Part shown: positions 27,280-40,479 of the stretch, piece after piece
Layout: the number at the start of each line of letters is the position of its first letter
Numbering within the stretch: the stretch's first letter is position 1
Assembly (NCBI RefSeq): GCF_030684315.1
Contig: NC_081396.1
Location: forward strand, 496,001 to 560,000
Source of the DNA: Stegostoma tigrinum
Taxonomy: Eukaryota
Length of the DNA stretch: 64,000 bases
Direction of reading: 5' to 3'
The notes under the pieces: generated by a model
The model's input: only the letters and a program-made list of their open reading frames with translations
Database searches by the model: none
Told to the model about the DNA's origin: nothing
Made by a program: the position numbers and the translations under genes

Positions 27280-29750
27280 AACCTCAACACCAGTAACAAA
27301 ATACACAGCTCTGTTGACCCTATAAAGTCTTGCCTATTCACACATGGGGATAGTGCAGAAATCGGGAGAACTATCTGACAGACTAGTCAAGCAACAGCTT
27401 GACATCATCACACTCACTGAGTCATACCGTACAGATAATGTCCCAGACACCACCGTCACCCTCCCTGGATATGTCTTGTCCCACCGACAGAGGAGGTGAC
27501 ACAGCAGTATACAGTCAGATGAGGGTTGCTCTGGGAGTCTTCAACATTGACTGTGGGCCCCATGAAGCCTCATGGCTTCAGTTTAACCATGGGCAAGGAA
27601 ACCTCCCACTGATTACCTCATACCATCCTCCGTCTGCAGATGAATCAGTATTCCTCCCGGTGGGACAATACTTTACCTTGGACTTTTCATGGTAGAGATT
27701 ATGAGTTTGAAAGATGTTATCAGAGAGGCTTGGTGAGTTAATGCAGCGGGTCTTGTCTTACTGCGGTCACTATGAAGGGGGAGAGTGAAATGGATCCTAA
27801 TAAAGTGAGCTGCTTTGTCATGGATAATGTCAAGCTTCTTGAGTGTTGTTTGTTGTTGCACTTTTTCTGGCAAGTGAAGAAAATTCCATTGCATTCCTGA
27901 CTTGTGCCTTGCAGATTGGGAACAGGTGGTGGAAAGACAGGAAGTGATTTACTCACCACAAACTTCCTGTCCTCTCACCTGTTGCTTTAGCCAACATAAT
28001 TACCTGGCTGGTTCCATCCAGCTTCTGGTCAATGGTAACTCCCAGAATGTTCATTGTGGGGGAGTTAAGTAATGGCATTGAACAGCAAGTGCTGATGGTA
28101 TAATTCTCGCTTGTTAGAGATTGAAAAGTGCCACGTAATAACAGCTCAAGCCTGGATGATGCCTAGATCTTGCTGCATTTGGACATGAACTGGTTTGGTA
28201 TCTGAGGAGTTGGAATTGGACTGAACATTGTGCAGACATCTGTGAAAACTCTCAGCTCTGGCCTTATGATGAAGGGAAGGTCATTGATGAAGCAGCTGAA
28301 AAAGGTTTCCTCTTGGACATAACCATGAGGAACACCCACAGGCATACCCTGGAGCTGAGCTGATTGATCTCCAACAAGCATCTTCCTTTGTGCCAGATAT
28401 GATTCCAACTAACAGAGAGTTGCCCTAATTACCATTGACTCAAGCTTTCACAACATTCCTCAATTTCACACTCTGCCCTGAACACTGAACAGCATTTGGT
28501 TATGACAAAGAACAAAGAACCGTACAACACAGGAACAGGGCCTTGTGCCCAGCAAGCCTGTTCACCACATTTTGCCCCTTCATATTAAAACTGTTTTCAT
28601 TTACAGGATCCTTATCCCTCTATTCCCTTCCTCTTTATGTATTTATCCAGGTGCTTCTTGAATTCTGCTATTGTGTTTGCTTTCACAACTTCTGGCAACA
28701 CCTTCAAGGTACTCACCAGTCTTCGTGTGAAAAACCTGCCTCGCACATCTTATTGAAACTTCCCTGGTTGTACTTGAACCTGTGTCCCCTAGTAATTTAG
28801 CCCTGCACCCTGGGACAAAGCCTCATACTTTCCACTCTATCCATGCCATCCACAATCTTTCAAACTTCTATCAGGTAGCCCCTCAACCTCTTGTGTTCCA
28901 GTGAAAACAGACCCCATCTATCTAACCTTTTCTACACAGCTAAAATCTGACCCCCATACCAGGCAACATCCTAGTAAACCTCTTTTGTACACTCTCCAAA
29001 GCATTCTCATTCTTCTGGTAGTTTTGTGCATGTAATATTCCAAATGTGACCTGACTAAAGTTCTATAAAGCTGTAGCATAACTTGCCTATCCTTATACTC
29101 AATGCCGTTCCAATGAAGGCAAGCATGCCATAAGCCTTTTTTACTACCGTATCTACCTATGCTGCCATCTTCAGTCATCTGTTGAACTGCACATCCAGAT
29201 TCCTCTGCATGTCAATATCCCTAAGGATTCTGCCATTCACTGTATAATTTCTACCCACCGTGATCCTCCAAAATGCATCACCTCATAGTTGTCTGGATTA
29301 AACTCCATCTGCCAATTTTCAGCTGATCTGCATCCTGTTGTATCCTCTGACAATCCTCCTTACTATCCAGAACTCCACCAGCCACCTTGCCCGTTATTCT
29401 TCTCACATGGATACACATGCATTTCAGACCACCTTCCCTGCTGGTTCTTGTTCTTAGTAATGTTTGCCTTGGTTTCTACCTCTCCCTCAATTTCTGCATC
29501 TACTACCCTATTCCTCTGCTCCCCAACTCCCTGCCATGCTAGTTTGAACCCTCCTCAACCATTCTACCAATTATGCCCTGAAGGACATCTGTCCCCATTT
29601 TGTCTACATGTAACCCGTCCAGTTTGTTCAGGTCCCACCTCCCCCAAAACCAGTCCTAATGCCCCACGAATCTAAAACCATCCCCGTTAGACCATCTTTT
29701 CAGCCACGTGCTCATCCTTTATATTCTGCTGTTTCTACTCTGACTAGCTC
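27280..29750. mobile_element. Decayed CR1-like LINE fragments (endonuclease and RT)
   Basis: Disrupted MESYLAQRKM...GVP...FSCFINDLP.IIR and GIEYKDRQVMLQLYRTLVRSHLEY peptides. Confidence 0.65.
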
Positions 29751-32700
29751 AGTTCCAAACATGATTTCAAACATTTTGTCCATGTTTAGACCAATGAGGT
29801 CAGGAGGAGAGTAGTCCTGGCGGAACCCAAACTGGATGCTGGTGGACATGTAATTGTTGAGAAGGTGCCTCTTGATAGAACTCCCTAAGACACATTCCGT
29901 CACTTTCGTTAATCATTCAAAACAGACAAATGGGGCAGTAGTTGGATGAGTTGGATTTCTCCTGCTTCTTGTGCACAGTTTTGCGCATTGCCACGTAGAT
30001 GTCAGTGTAGTTCCTGCACTGGAATAGTGTGTATATGTATGTGAGAGCAATGACGCAAAAACATTCAGGTAAAATTAACGGTTTGCCAAATCATTTCTAA
30101 GGGTATTTAAGAGTCAAGACATTGCTATGGATCTGCAGTCACATATTGGACAGACTTTCCTGATGGGCGTTGTTGAATCAGGTGAGCTTTGCAACAGTCT
30201 TCAATTATCCATCATACTCATTACATAACTTTTAATTCCAACTTTTTAATGAAAATTATTTTAGTGAAAAATGTATGTTTGATTCGTACTCAGTTATTCA
30301 ACTATTTGAGCCCATGCCTCCAGAACTTTATGCTGGGTGTCTGGATTCTAAATGAAGATGCCACTGCATCACCACATTGAGGTGACTAAGCCTAGGAAAC
30401 TCAGTTTGAGCATAAGGAGTTATTCATTTAAGATTGAGATGAGGAGGAAATTCTTCACTCAGTGGACAGCAAAATTTTCAATTCTCTTTCCCTGAGGGCT
30501 GTGGCTTCTCAGTCATTTTGTATATTCACAACAGACTTTAGTAGGGTTTTGGTATGAAGGGAGTTAACGGGTGTGGGGATCGTGTGAGAAGCTGGAGTTT
30601 GGGTGAAAGATCAAATATGTTCTTGTTGAAGAGTGAGAAAAGCTCAAAGTGGTCACATCCTGCCCATGTTTCTAATATCCTTATGTTCTCTCTTTTTCTC
30701 CTTCCTTCCTTCCATCCCAATCCCCTCTTTAACCTCCACACAGACAGAAACTGTAATTTACAGTCTGGCCATACTGTACACAAACAGACAGTGCTCTCTT
30801 CCTGATCCCAACTCTGTCCATATCTTTCCCTCTCCTTCTCTTCTCCCTCCCATTTGATGCTCTCAATCTTTTCTCCATCTCCCTATCCCTCCCTCTCTTC
30901 ACCTGTCTCCCTTTTACCATCCTTTCTCCTCTCCTCCTTCAAACCCTTCATTGCACAGGGACAGAAGCTCAGACATGCATCTTGGTTCACTTTTAATAGA
31001 CAGACTGCCATGTGCCTTTTTTCCTACTTTTTCGCTCCTCCTTACCAACACTGCACAGAAACAGATGCTGGCACTTCCAGGTTGACTGCGCATTGTCTAA
31101 ACAGACTGTGTGGACACAGACAAGCCAACCGCTCAAAACAGGAAGCAGAGGACCAGGTTGTTTCTCATGAGTGATTGAGTGTAAGGTGTCTATTCAGTGT
31201 CTCTGCACAGATTTTGTAGATGGGTGAATTATGCAAGGGACCAGTTTCTGTTGTTCACTGTTAGTTTGTATTCCGTATGAAAAATGCTGTAGCTGCACGA
31301 TTACAGGGGATTCGGCAATGGTAATGCCATTGAATGTTAGGGGACAGTGGTTCGAATGTCTCTCATTGGAGACGGTCATTGCCGACCTAAGCCTGCACAT
31401 TCCTGAACACTATAGGCAATTTAGCACAGCCAATCCACCTACCCTGGACATCTTTGGACTATGGGGGGAAACCAGAGAACCCAGAAGAAATTACCTCAGA
31501 CAGGGTTTGCACAAAGAAAGTCAGCTGACGGTGAAATCAAACCCAGGTCCCTGGTGCTATAAGGCGTCTATGCTAACCGCTGAGTCACTATCCCATCCAT
31601 GTATGCCAGGTGATTTGTTCTCAGGCAGAAATTGGCAAAGAGCCAATATTCGGAAATGAGGAACTGCAACATTTGGACAAAGTACAACAACAACCTCCTT
31701 TACAGAGCACCTTAGGCTGAATGCACTTCAGGGAGGGCAATCCAAGGAAAATTTCACATCAAGGCACAGGAGGCGATAATAGAGTTCGTGTAGGTTTTAT
31801 AGAGCAGCTGAAAGGAGGAAAGAGAGGTTGAGAGGCAGAGAGGAATTAATAGGGAACTCCAGAGCTTAGGTCTTTGCAGCTTAAGTCCCAGCCATTGATA
31901 ATGGAGTAATTCAGTTTAGAGATGCACAAACATTGTGGTTGTAGGCTGAAAAACTCTTGTTAGATCTCCTTCCACACGCACCGCCTCCCCACGCACCCCC
32001 CCCCCCCCCATGCCAGAAATGAAACTTGCTCACTGTGAAACCCCTTCCTGGGAATCTTCTCTCATGCACCAAACTCTCCATGCTGTGTAGATGTAGCCCC
32101 TTGCATGTTCCTCTCAAAATCACGCAGCATTGGAACTTTTTCTTCACCATCACCAGGTGAAAAACTCGACTTGTGTCCCTCACAGCTCTGTGAGTTTTTA
32201 TTTCCTTCATTCATTCATGGGAGGTGGGCATCACTGGCTAGGCCAGCATTTATTGCCCATCCGGAATTACTCAGAGGTCATTTCGTTGCTGTGGGTCCAG
32301 AGTCACATGTATGCCAGACGGGTAAGGAAGGCAGTTTCCCTCCCCTAAAGGACAACAGGGAGCCGGATGGGTTTTTCCTGACAATCAGCAATCCAATCAC
32401 TGCCACAACATTCTTAATTGCAGATATTTATTGAATTCAAATTCCACCATCTGCCATGTGGATTCAAACCCACCTCCACAGAACATTGCTTAGGTCTCTA
32501 GATTAATGGTCCAGCAATAATACCACTAGACCATTGCCTCCCCTAGTGCACTTACACCACATGGACTGCAGTGATACAAGGAGCAGATTCACAACCACCT
32601 TCCAAAGGGCAATTAGAATTGGGAAACAAATGCTTGTGCTGCAAGAGATGTTCAAATTCCATGAGAAAGTTGAAAAGGGCCTGCTCCCCCTGACAAGCTG

Positions 32701-33809
32701 AAACATGTGCACAAAACCACCATCCTCTCCCCTCATTCTATCCACGCAGGAATGGAAACAGTTTCAGAGTGACTCCATCCCGAGCCTCACCTTAATCCTC
32801 GGTAATTTTCCTCACCCTCTCTCCACCAGCAGGCTGGCGGTCCTGTATACGTGAAATTTCTCCCGCCTCCCTCTCCTTTCCTCGCCACCCCATACTTTCT
32901 GCCTTCCACCCTCGCCCACACCTCCAATGCTCTCCCATTTACCTCTCCCTCTCCTTTCACTCTCACTCTCTCCCTCTCCCCACATCTGTTCCTGTATCTC
33001 TCTGTCCCTTTCCCACTCTATTTCCCGCTTCCGTTTCTCTCTCCCTCCCTTCTTCCCCTTTCTCCCTGTTCCTTCCTGTCCCAGCTGATCTTGCGCAGCA
33101 TAGAAGTTGTCTCTCAGACACTGGCGGCACTTTGTGCAAACACGCTGCCTGGACAATGACTGATCAGAGAGAAGCGAACAGTCACAAAACAGGAAACAGA
33201 GGCCCAGGCCGTTACTTGCAGTCATTGAGTGTGAACATTATACTGAGACAGAGGGTTTCGGATTTCGGATGGAGAGAAAGAGAGAGAAAGAATTGCCGTG
33301 TTTAGGAGCTGACTCAAATATACTGCGGTGTCACGGTAAGAGAATCACCTATTCCTCTCTGAGAGTGAGTTTGTCGATGGCTGAGTTGTGGGAGCAGTGG
33401 GCGGAATGTTGTTTCTTACCTGGGAGACAAGGCTGAATGTGTGTCGTACACACAGGACAGTGAGGTAGAGAAGGAAATGGAGGGGAGGAGTGTGTTATAA
33501 AGCAGGAGCGAGGGAAGGAATGTAATAGACAGAGAGAGATCACAGGAGGAAATGAATTGAATGTGGTGTTACAGAGTGTAAGAAGTGGTGATTGAGAAAG
33601 AGGAGGCATACATGCCTGAATTGTGTTGTATTTCATGGAATGAGTATATTGTGTCTGATTGATTATTTCATGGGATGTGGGCACCACTGCCAAGGACAGC
33701 ATTTGCTGCCCCTTCCTCATTGCTCATGAAGTGTAGATGCCGGAGTTGGACTGGTGTAGACAAGGTCAAAAATCACACGACACCAGGTTGTAGTCTCTAA
33801 CCAGGCCAG

Positions 33810-34420
33810 AATCTAACAGAGATAACACAGTGTAGAGCTGGAGGAATGCAACAGGCCAGGCAGCGTTGGAGAAGCAGGAAAGTTGGCCGTTCAGGCCGGG
33901 ACCCTTCTTCAGACATGGGGGAGGGAGAAAGCAGCTCTGAAATAAATGGAGAGACCAGGGGTGGGCCTGTGGAAGGTAGGTGGGATGACGATAGGTGATT
34001 GCAGGTGCGCAGTGATGGGCATTGGTCATTGAGGTGGGAGGAGCAGATAAGTGGGAGAGAAAACGGACACTTCAAGGAGGTGGGGAAGTGAGGGAGGCTG
34101 GTCACGGGATGTGGCTGGGGATGGGGTGATTTTGAAACTGGTAAAGTCCACATTGAGACTGTTCATTTGTAAGCTCTTAAGGCGGAATATGAGGTGCTGC
34201 TCCTCTAGTTTCCAGGTGGCGTCATTGTGACATTGGAGGAGGCCCAGGATAGACGTGTCGTCCAGGGAGTGGGAGGGCAAATTGAAGTGGTTCGCAACTG
34301 GAAGGTGTTTTTTTTGTTGCGAATCAAGTGCAGACTCTCTACAAAGTTGTCTCCGAGCCTTTGCTTGGTCTTACTGATGTGGAGGAGGCCACATCGGGAG
34401 CAGCTAATGCAATAGATCAC
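33810..34420 (-). mobile_element. Decayed Penelope-like element (GIY-YIG region plus pLTR)
   Basis: IYCISCSRCGLLHISKTKQRLGD; LEEQHLIFRL; same family as the 48025-48920 element. Confidence 0.8.
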
Positions 34421-36494
34421 TTAGCCCAACAGGTTTTCACTACGCTTGATGAAAGAGCTGAGCTCCAAAAAGCATGCGTTTTCAAATAAACCTGTTGGAC
34501 TATAATATGGTTTTGTGTGATTTTTGATACTGCTCATGAACTGAGTGGCTTTCTTATCCATTTCTCATCCAAATCAACTGCATTGCTGTGGGTGTAAAGT
34601 CTCGGTGAGAGCAGGTAAGAACAAAATGGGGTTTTACAACTGTTCACCTATATTGTGATGAGCTTTCAATTCCAGATTTAACTCATTGAATTTGAGTTTC
34701 ATCAGCTTCTGCAGAGTGATTTGAGACCATGCCCACAGAGAATTAAAAAGAGAAAATGCTGGAGGAACACCACGTCAGGTTTTAAATGTAAACGCTGTTT
34801 GTCTAACACAGATGTTGCCAGACCTGCTGAGTTTCTCCAGCACTTGTTTTTATTTCACATTTCTGAGATCTGTATTATTTTATTTGTACTCCCCAGCAAA
34901 TTAACCTGGACTTCCAGATTACTAGACAAGTGACGTTATCACTATGCCACTCTGATTGGACAAGGTCAGATGCGAGGAATCCTGTAGCAAGAAGCTTGTC
35001 TCCTGGCTCCCCATAGGCAGTCGCCCATCCATATATCACATGCCAGGTGATGGAATACTCTCCATTTCTCTGATAACAGTAACTCCAACTTGACAAGCTG
35101 GACAACATTCAGAAAGAAGCAAAACGCTTGGTTGGTACTTCATAGTGCTGACTGCCTCTGATGCAAAGTCACAGCATTTATCATCTACAAGATGCACTGC
35201 AGAAATTCACCAAATGCTCCTCACACAGCACCTTCCAGATTACACTTACCATCCTGACTTGGAAATATTTCACTTTACCTTCAGTGTCACTGGATCAAAA
35301 TCCTGGAATTCCCTCCCTGACAGTGTTATGGCTGCACCCACAGCAAATCGTAGGCAGTTCATCCCATCTTCTCAGAGAAACAAGGGACAGGCAATAAATA
35401 CTGTCCCAATCAGTGAAGAGTCCACACCTTCTGACAGAATAATGAAAAAAGCTCTTGTGACATAATTGCTCAAACCTATTTTTTGTAACATGCTTCATTC
35501 ACCTCTGTATTGTTTAATAATCCATAGACTCCAATATCGTAACAAAATGTGTCCAGGTGACTCCCATTGGAAGGTGGGCCTGGAGAAAAGGTTGACTTCT
35601 CTCATATTGGGCCTGGCAATCACTCCCCAATATCCACAGAATCCTGGGATTTATTTGCTGATAATGTACTGAGGGAATTTTACCACACTTGGAACTGATC
35701 AATTCCTTCAATTTTCCTGTTATATGTTCTTTTGTAAATTTGTGATACATTATTCCAGTGTTGTCTGGGCTAATTCCAATATGTATAAGACCTGACAGGC
35801 CCTATCTCATTGGTAGGCGATGGCCAAGAGGTATTATGGCTAGACTATTAATCTCAACCCATGTTCTGAGGACCCAGGTTGAATCCTGCCGTGTCAAATT
35901 TTGTAATTTGAATTCAATTAAACAAATCTGGAATTAGGAATCTACTGATCACCATAAAATCATTGCTGATTGAAGGGGAAAACCCAATCTGGTTCACTAA
36001 TGTCCTTCAAGGAAGGAATCTGCCATCCTTACCTGGTCTGCCCCACATCTAACTGCAGACCAACAGCAATGAGGTTGACTCTCAGTTGCTCTCTAAAATG
36101 GCCTAGCAAGCCATTCAGTTATACCAATCACAACAAAGTCTCAAAGGAATGAAACTGGACAGATCACCTGACATTGACCGAGGCACTGGAAAAGACAAAG
36201 GCAGAAACAGCTGTGTCAACCCTCACTCACATCTGGGGGCTACTCCCAAAATTGGGATGGCTGTCTCACAGAATCTTTATGAAACAACCTGACGTAGCCA
36301 CACTCATGGAATGAAACCTTACAATGTCCCAGACACCATCCTCAGTATCCCTGGAAATATCCTGTTCCACCGGTAGACAGACCCAGCAGAGGTGGCAACA
36401 CAGTGGTATACAGTTGTGAGGGAGTTGCTCTGGGAGGCTTCAACATTGACCCCAGACCTCATGAAGTCTCATGGCTTCAGATTAAACATGACAA

Positions 36495-37250
36495 GGAAAT
36501 CCTTATACAGCGTATTCAAAAAGAATGGGTACCCAATGAACACAGTCCGCCGATTCCTCAGCAACAAACCCAAACAAACAGACAAAACGTGCCCATAAAC
36601 CATAACCACTCTCCCCTACATCAAAGACATTTCCAAAATGACTGCCAGACTACTCGGACCTCTTGGCATCAGGGTAGCCCACAAACCCACCAACACACTA
36701 AAGCAGCAGCTAATGAACTTAAAAGACCCTATACACACAACAAGCAAAACGAACGTTATCTACAAAATAGCTTGCAAGAACTGTGACAAACACTACATTG
36801 GACAAACTGGCAGAAAGCTAGCCACCAGGATACATGAACATCAACTAGCCACAAAACGACATGACCCACTATCACTCGTATCCTTACATACAGACGAGGA
36901 AGGACACCACTTTGATTGGGACAACACATCCATCCTAGAACAAGCCAAACAGAGACACGCACGAGAATTCCTAGAAGCATGGCATTCCAACCGGAACTCC
37001 ATCAACAAACACATTGATATGGAGCCAATCTACCATCCCCTGAGAAAAAGAACAGGAAATGACATCACCCACCCAAGGAAACCTAATCAGATAAATAGAA
37101 AGCGGGACATAACACCAGCGCTTCGTCGGAGGCTCACTGACGATGTTACCCAGAATGGTGATGAAAAGTCTAAAAACTAACCTTCCAGCTCAGCGAGCAA
37201 ACTCACATTCAGAACCTCAACCTGAACTACAAATCTTCTCAAAACTCGCA
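36495..37250 (+). mobile_element. Penelope-like element 3' part with GIY-YIG endonuclease, nested in a CR1-like repeat
   Basis: NGYP...TLPYIK; NVIYKIACKNCDKHYIGQTGRKLATRIHEH...REFLEAWH; hammerhead-like motif at 37137-37170. Confidence 0.9.
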
Positions 37251-37889
37251 AGGATCATCTCTAGTTCAGTGAAGAGTGCAGGAGTGTAAGCCTAGCAAAG
37301 CTGGAATCAACTGGTAACGGAGGGAATTTGTCCGGTGGTTGGAGTTATACCTGACACATAGGAAGATGGTTGTGGTTGTTGGAGGCCAATCATCTCAGCT
37401 CCAGGACATCTCTGCAGGAGTTCCTCAGGGTAGTGCCCTCAGCCCAACCATCTTCAGCTGCTTCATCAATGACCTTCCCTCCATCATAAGGGAGATATTC
37501 GCCGATGATTGATTGCAATCAATGTTCAACACCATTCACAATTCCTCATATCCTGAAGCAGTACATATCCAAATGCAACAAGAACCTGGACTGAAATAAC
37601 TGCACAGGGGCTGGTATGCTGTCACCAGATCACACTTTATTTACATATGGAAAGTCCTTGACACTGATCCAGCTCCCTCAGAGCCAGCTCTCAGAATATC
37701 TGACAGTCGTGTTTTTTTATCTGTCAGGCAGGTGGTCCTTGATACTGGCATTCCTGTTGCCATTTCACCCTCCCCCACAGGTCCAGAAACATCCAATTTA
37801 ACATAGGATGGAGCCTTCTCCCATTAGCATCCCTGCTGTAGTTATCCCTGCAGTTGCATTAGGGGTAGTCCAATAGTCAAATGGCAACC

Positions 37890-38870
37890 AGGACAGTTTA
37901 TATAGGGTGAAGCTATAGGCTGTTCCTTTAAGCCTACCTTCAAAGTTTGGACAGATCTTTCCACCCTACTGTTGGACTATGGATAGTGTGGAACTGCCCT
38001 TATATGTCGAATGCCATCTGGCTTTAAAAAATATTCAAACTCCTAACTGGTAAATGATGGTCCATTGTCTGTGACTGACTCTTGCAACACCCCATGTATT
38101 GCAAAAAATGCTCACAACTTTTCTATCTTCATCCCCAAGTTTGAGGAATGAACTTGTGCATGTCCAACCACTTCAAGTGGGCCTCTGCAATGACTAAGAA
38201 CATTGAGCCTATGAAAGACCACGACAGTCAACATGTAAGCGATTCCAGGATTTACCCAGACGCTTCCATGATGTGGGGAGCTGCTGGTGGTAACTATTGA
38301 CCTGTTGGCACTCTTGGGCAATGGCCCATCAATTCATCTATGTCTGCAAACAATCCTGGACAGCAGGCATAACTTCTTACCAACACCTTCATTTTGGAGA
38401 CTTCTGGATTACTTTGGTGAAGTACAGCTCCATCTGGCACAACCTTTGCTCGGGACAATCACTGTTGCTCCACATAATAAAACGCTGTCCTCTGTAGTGA
38501 TTTCATCTTAGTGGGTCAGAAAGGTTTTAATTCTGGTTGTAATGGCCCTTTTGTTTCCCTCAGCAACATCAGCTGTTTTAATTCTGCCAGGTCGAGATAT
38601 TTTTACGCCAACAGTCTGATATTGTCAGCGGTGACCAGAAGGGTGTCCTGAAAGTTAAAAACCAGAGTGGACTGTTTCAGTGGTGGCACCACCTGTGGCA
38701 TATGTGTCAGCAGGAGGCAGCTCAAGGCATCCACTTCTGCTCCTTGGTGTCCCAGACCGTGTTCCAACTTGTAATATGCACCTAGAACGAGAGCCAGACA
38801 CTGAATTCAACCTGAAGCTATGGCTGGCATGGCCTTGTTCTCTTTGAATGGCCCTAGCAGAAGTTTTTGA
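37890..38870 (-). mobile_element. Gypsy LTR-retrotransposon pol remnant (RNase H end and integrase)
   Basis: Hand translation AFFAIHGVLQESVTDNGPSFTS*EFEYFLKPDGIRHIRAVPHYP*SN, the integrase catalytic core with stops. Confidence 0.85.
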
Positions 38871-40479
38871 TCTGTTACTCTGACAAGTTTATATCTATAA
38901 AAGTATTGGTGGACTTTTCTGACCATCTAACATATGTGACATGTTTTACCAAACTGCTGTACATAATAATAAAGTCCTGGCCATGTAAAATACCTGATTG
39001 CTGATACCTGCACTTTCCATATTCCTTAATGCCATATGAACTCCATGTGCTACTCACAATATCTCCTCATGATATCTGGGTAGTACCTTTGTCAATGAAC
39101 AACCATCTCTTCTTCATCTGTGAGTCTGATCAACAAAACTCTACTTTAATACAATAACACACTGGAATTCCTTCAGTCTTAGCTGCAGCATCAGCAGTGG
39201 GAAATGTGTTTTCATTTCTATCGCCATCTCCATTTTCTTATATTTCTCTGCTCTTTCTTTGTGCTTTTCTGCCATCTCTCATTTCTTCATTCTTTCTTTA
39301 TAGTCCTTATACTGTAACTGATTATGTCCTGATTCCTATGTTTCATTGTGTGAAATACTCAGCCTCCTCTCCATCTGCCCTAAACCTAAGTGCTGTCCTG
39401 GTAAATGAATTATTATGCTTTTCTTGCCTAGTCCTTATTCATTGGGTCAACCAACCAAGTTTTGAAAGTCTCGTGAAGACCACCATGGACAAGCCTGCCA
39501 CCTGCAGGAAATACTCTGCCGTTTCCAGTGCCAAGTCTCAAACACAGGCACAGAACCTGGCGTCTACCTTCACCAGCTCTGTACCAAATCCTCATTGCCT
39601 CGGTTTCATGTCTAATCGTGGCCAGGAGCCCCCAAACTTTTTGACGACTCACTGGCATAGTGTACTGAAAATGAAGACTCCCTATTCTTGGAAATTTCAT
39701 AAATGTTCAAGATTTTGAAAGTAAAACTCCAAAACTGCCTGATTTCAGACCAGGGTTGATAGATAGCGCAGACTGGGTTTCTGTGCTTAGCACGAATTGT
39801 TGCTTATTGCAGATAATTAGATTTTAGACATAAATAAATCATTATAAACTGTCAGCATATAACTGTACTAATTAAAGCTCCAAAACACCTTATAAACTCC
39901 CTCTCACACTCACAGACACAAACACAGACATAAACACAAACAGGGTAAAATGAACACATGGGCAGAGGAGAAACCAGACAAACAATTCCATGGTCTTTGT
40001 TCATGACATCTCTTGTGTTGGTTCTTTCTGATTCAAAGGTTTCTTCTTGGCCTTCCTTTTCCCAAATGTTTCCACTGGTTTGGAAAAGGCCCTGAAAAGT
40101 CAGTTCGCTTATAAAATATCTCTGACTTATCAATGAAAAATCATTGCTGCAACAACTGCTGAAGGAAAGATAAGGTGATTTCTTGACATTCATAGTGATT
40201 TGCCTCACAGGACAGAGAGAAGGAACTCCTGACTGCTGCAGACCTGGTAGCTTCTCTCCTGATCTGAACCAACCTCTCTCTGTCTTAAAGGTTGAAAGAA
40301 CTGTGGATACTGTAAATCAGGAACAAAAGCAGAAGTTGCTGAAAAGCTCAGCAGATCTGGCAGCATCCGTGAAGAAAAAAATCAGTGTTAACACTTTGGG
40401 TCTGGTCACTCTTTTTCAGAACAGTTCCCGAGCGAAAGAAAACCGCTCTTCAATTTGCTCTTGCTTTTTTTCGGGGTAG

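Noticed and set aside
39197-40310. 173-aa ORF (39197-39718) and adjacent LTR-like sequence
   Set aside because: Low-complexity translation with no recognisable domain. The region may be an LTR/ERV remnant, but I cannot support a family call.
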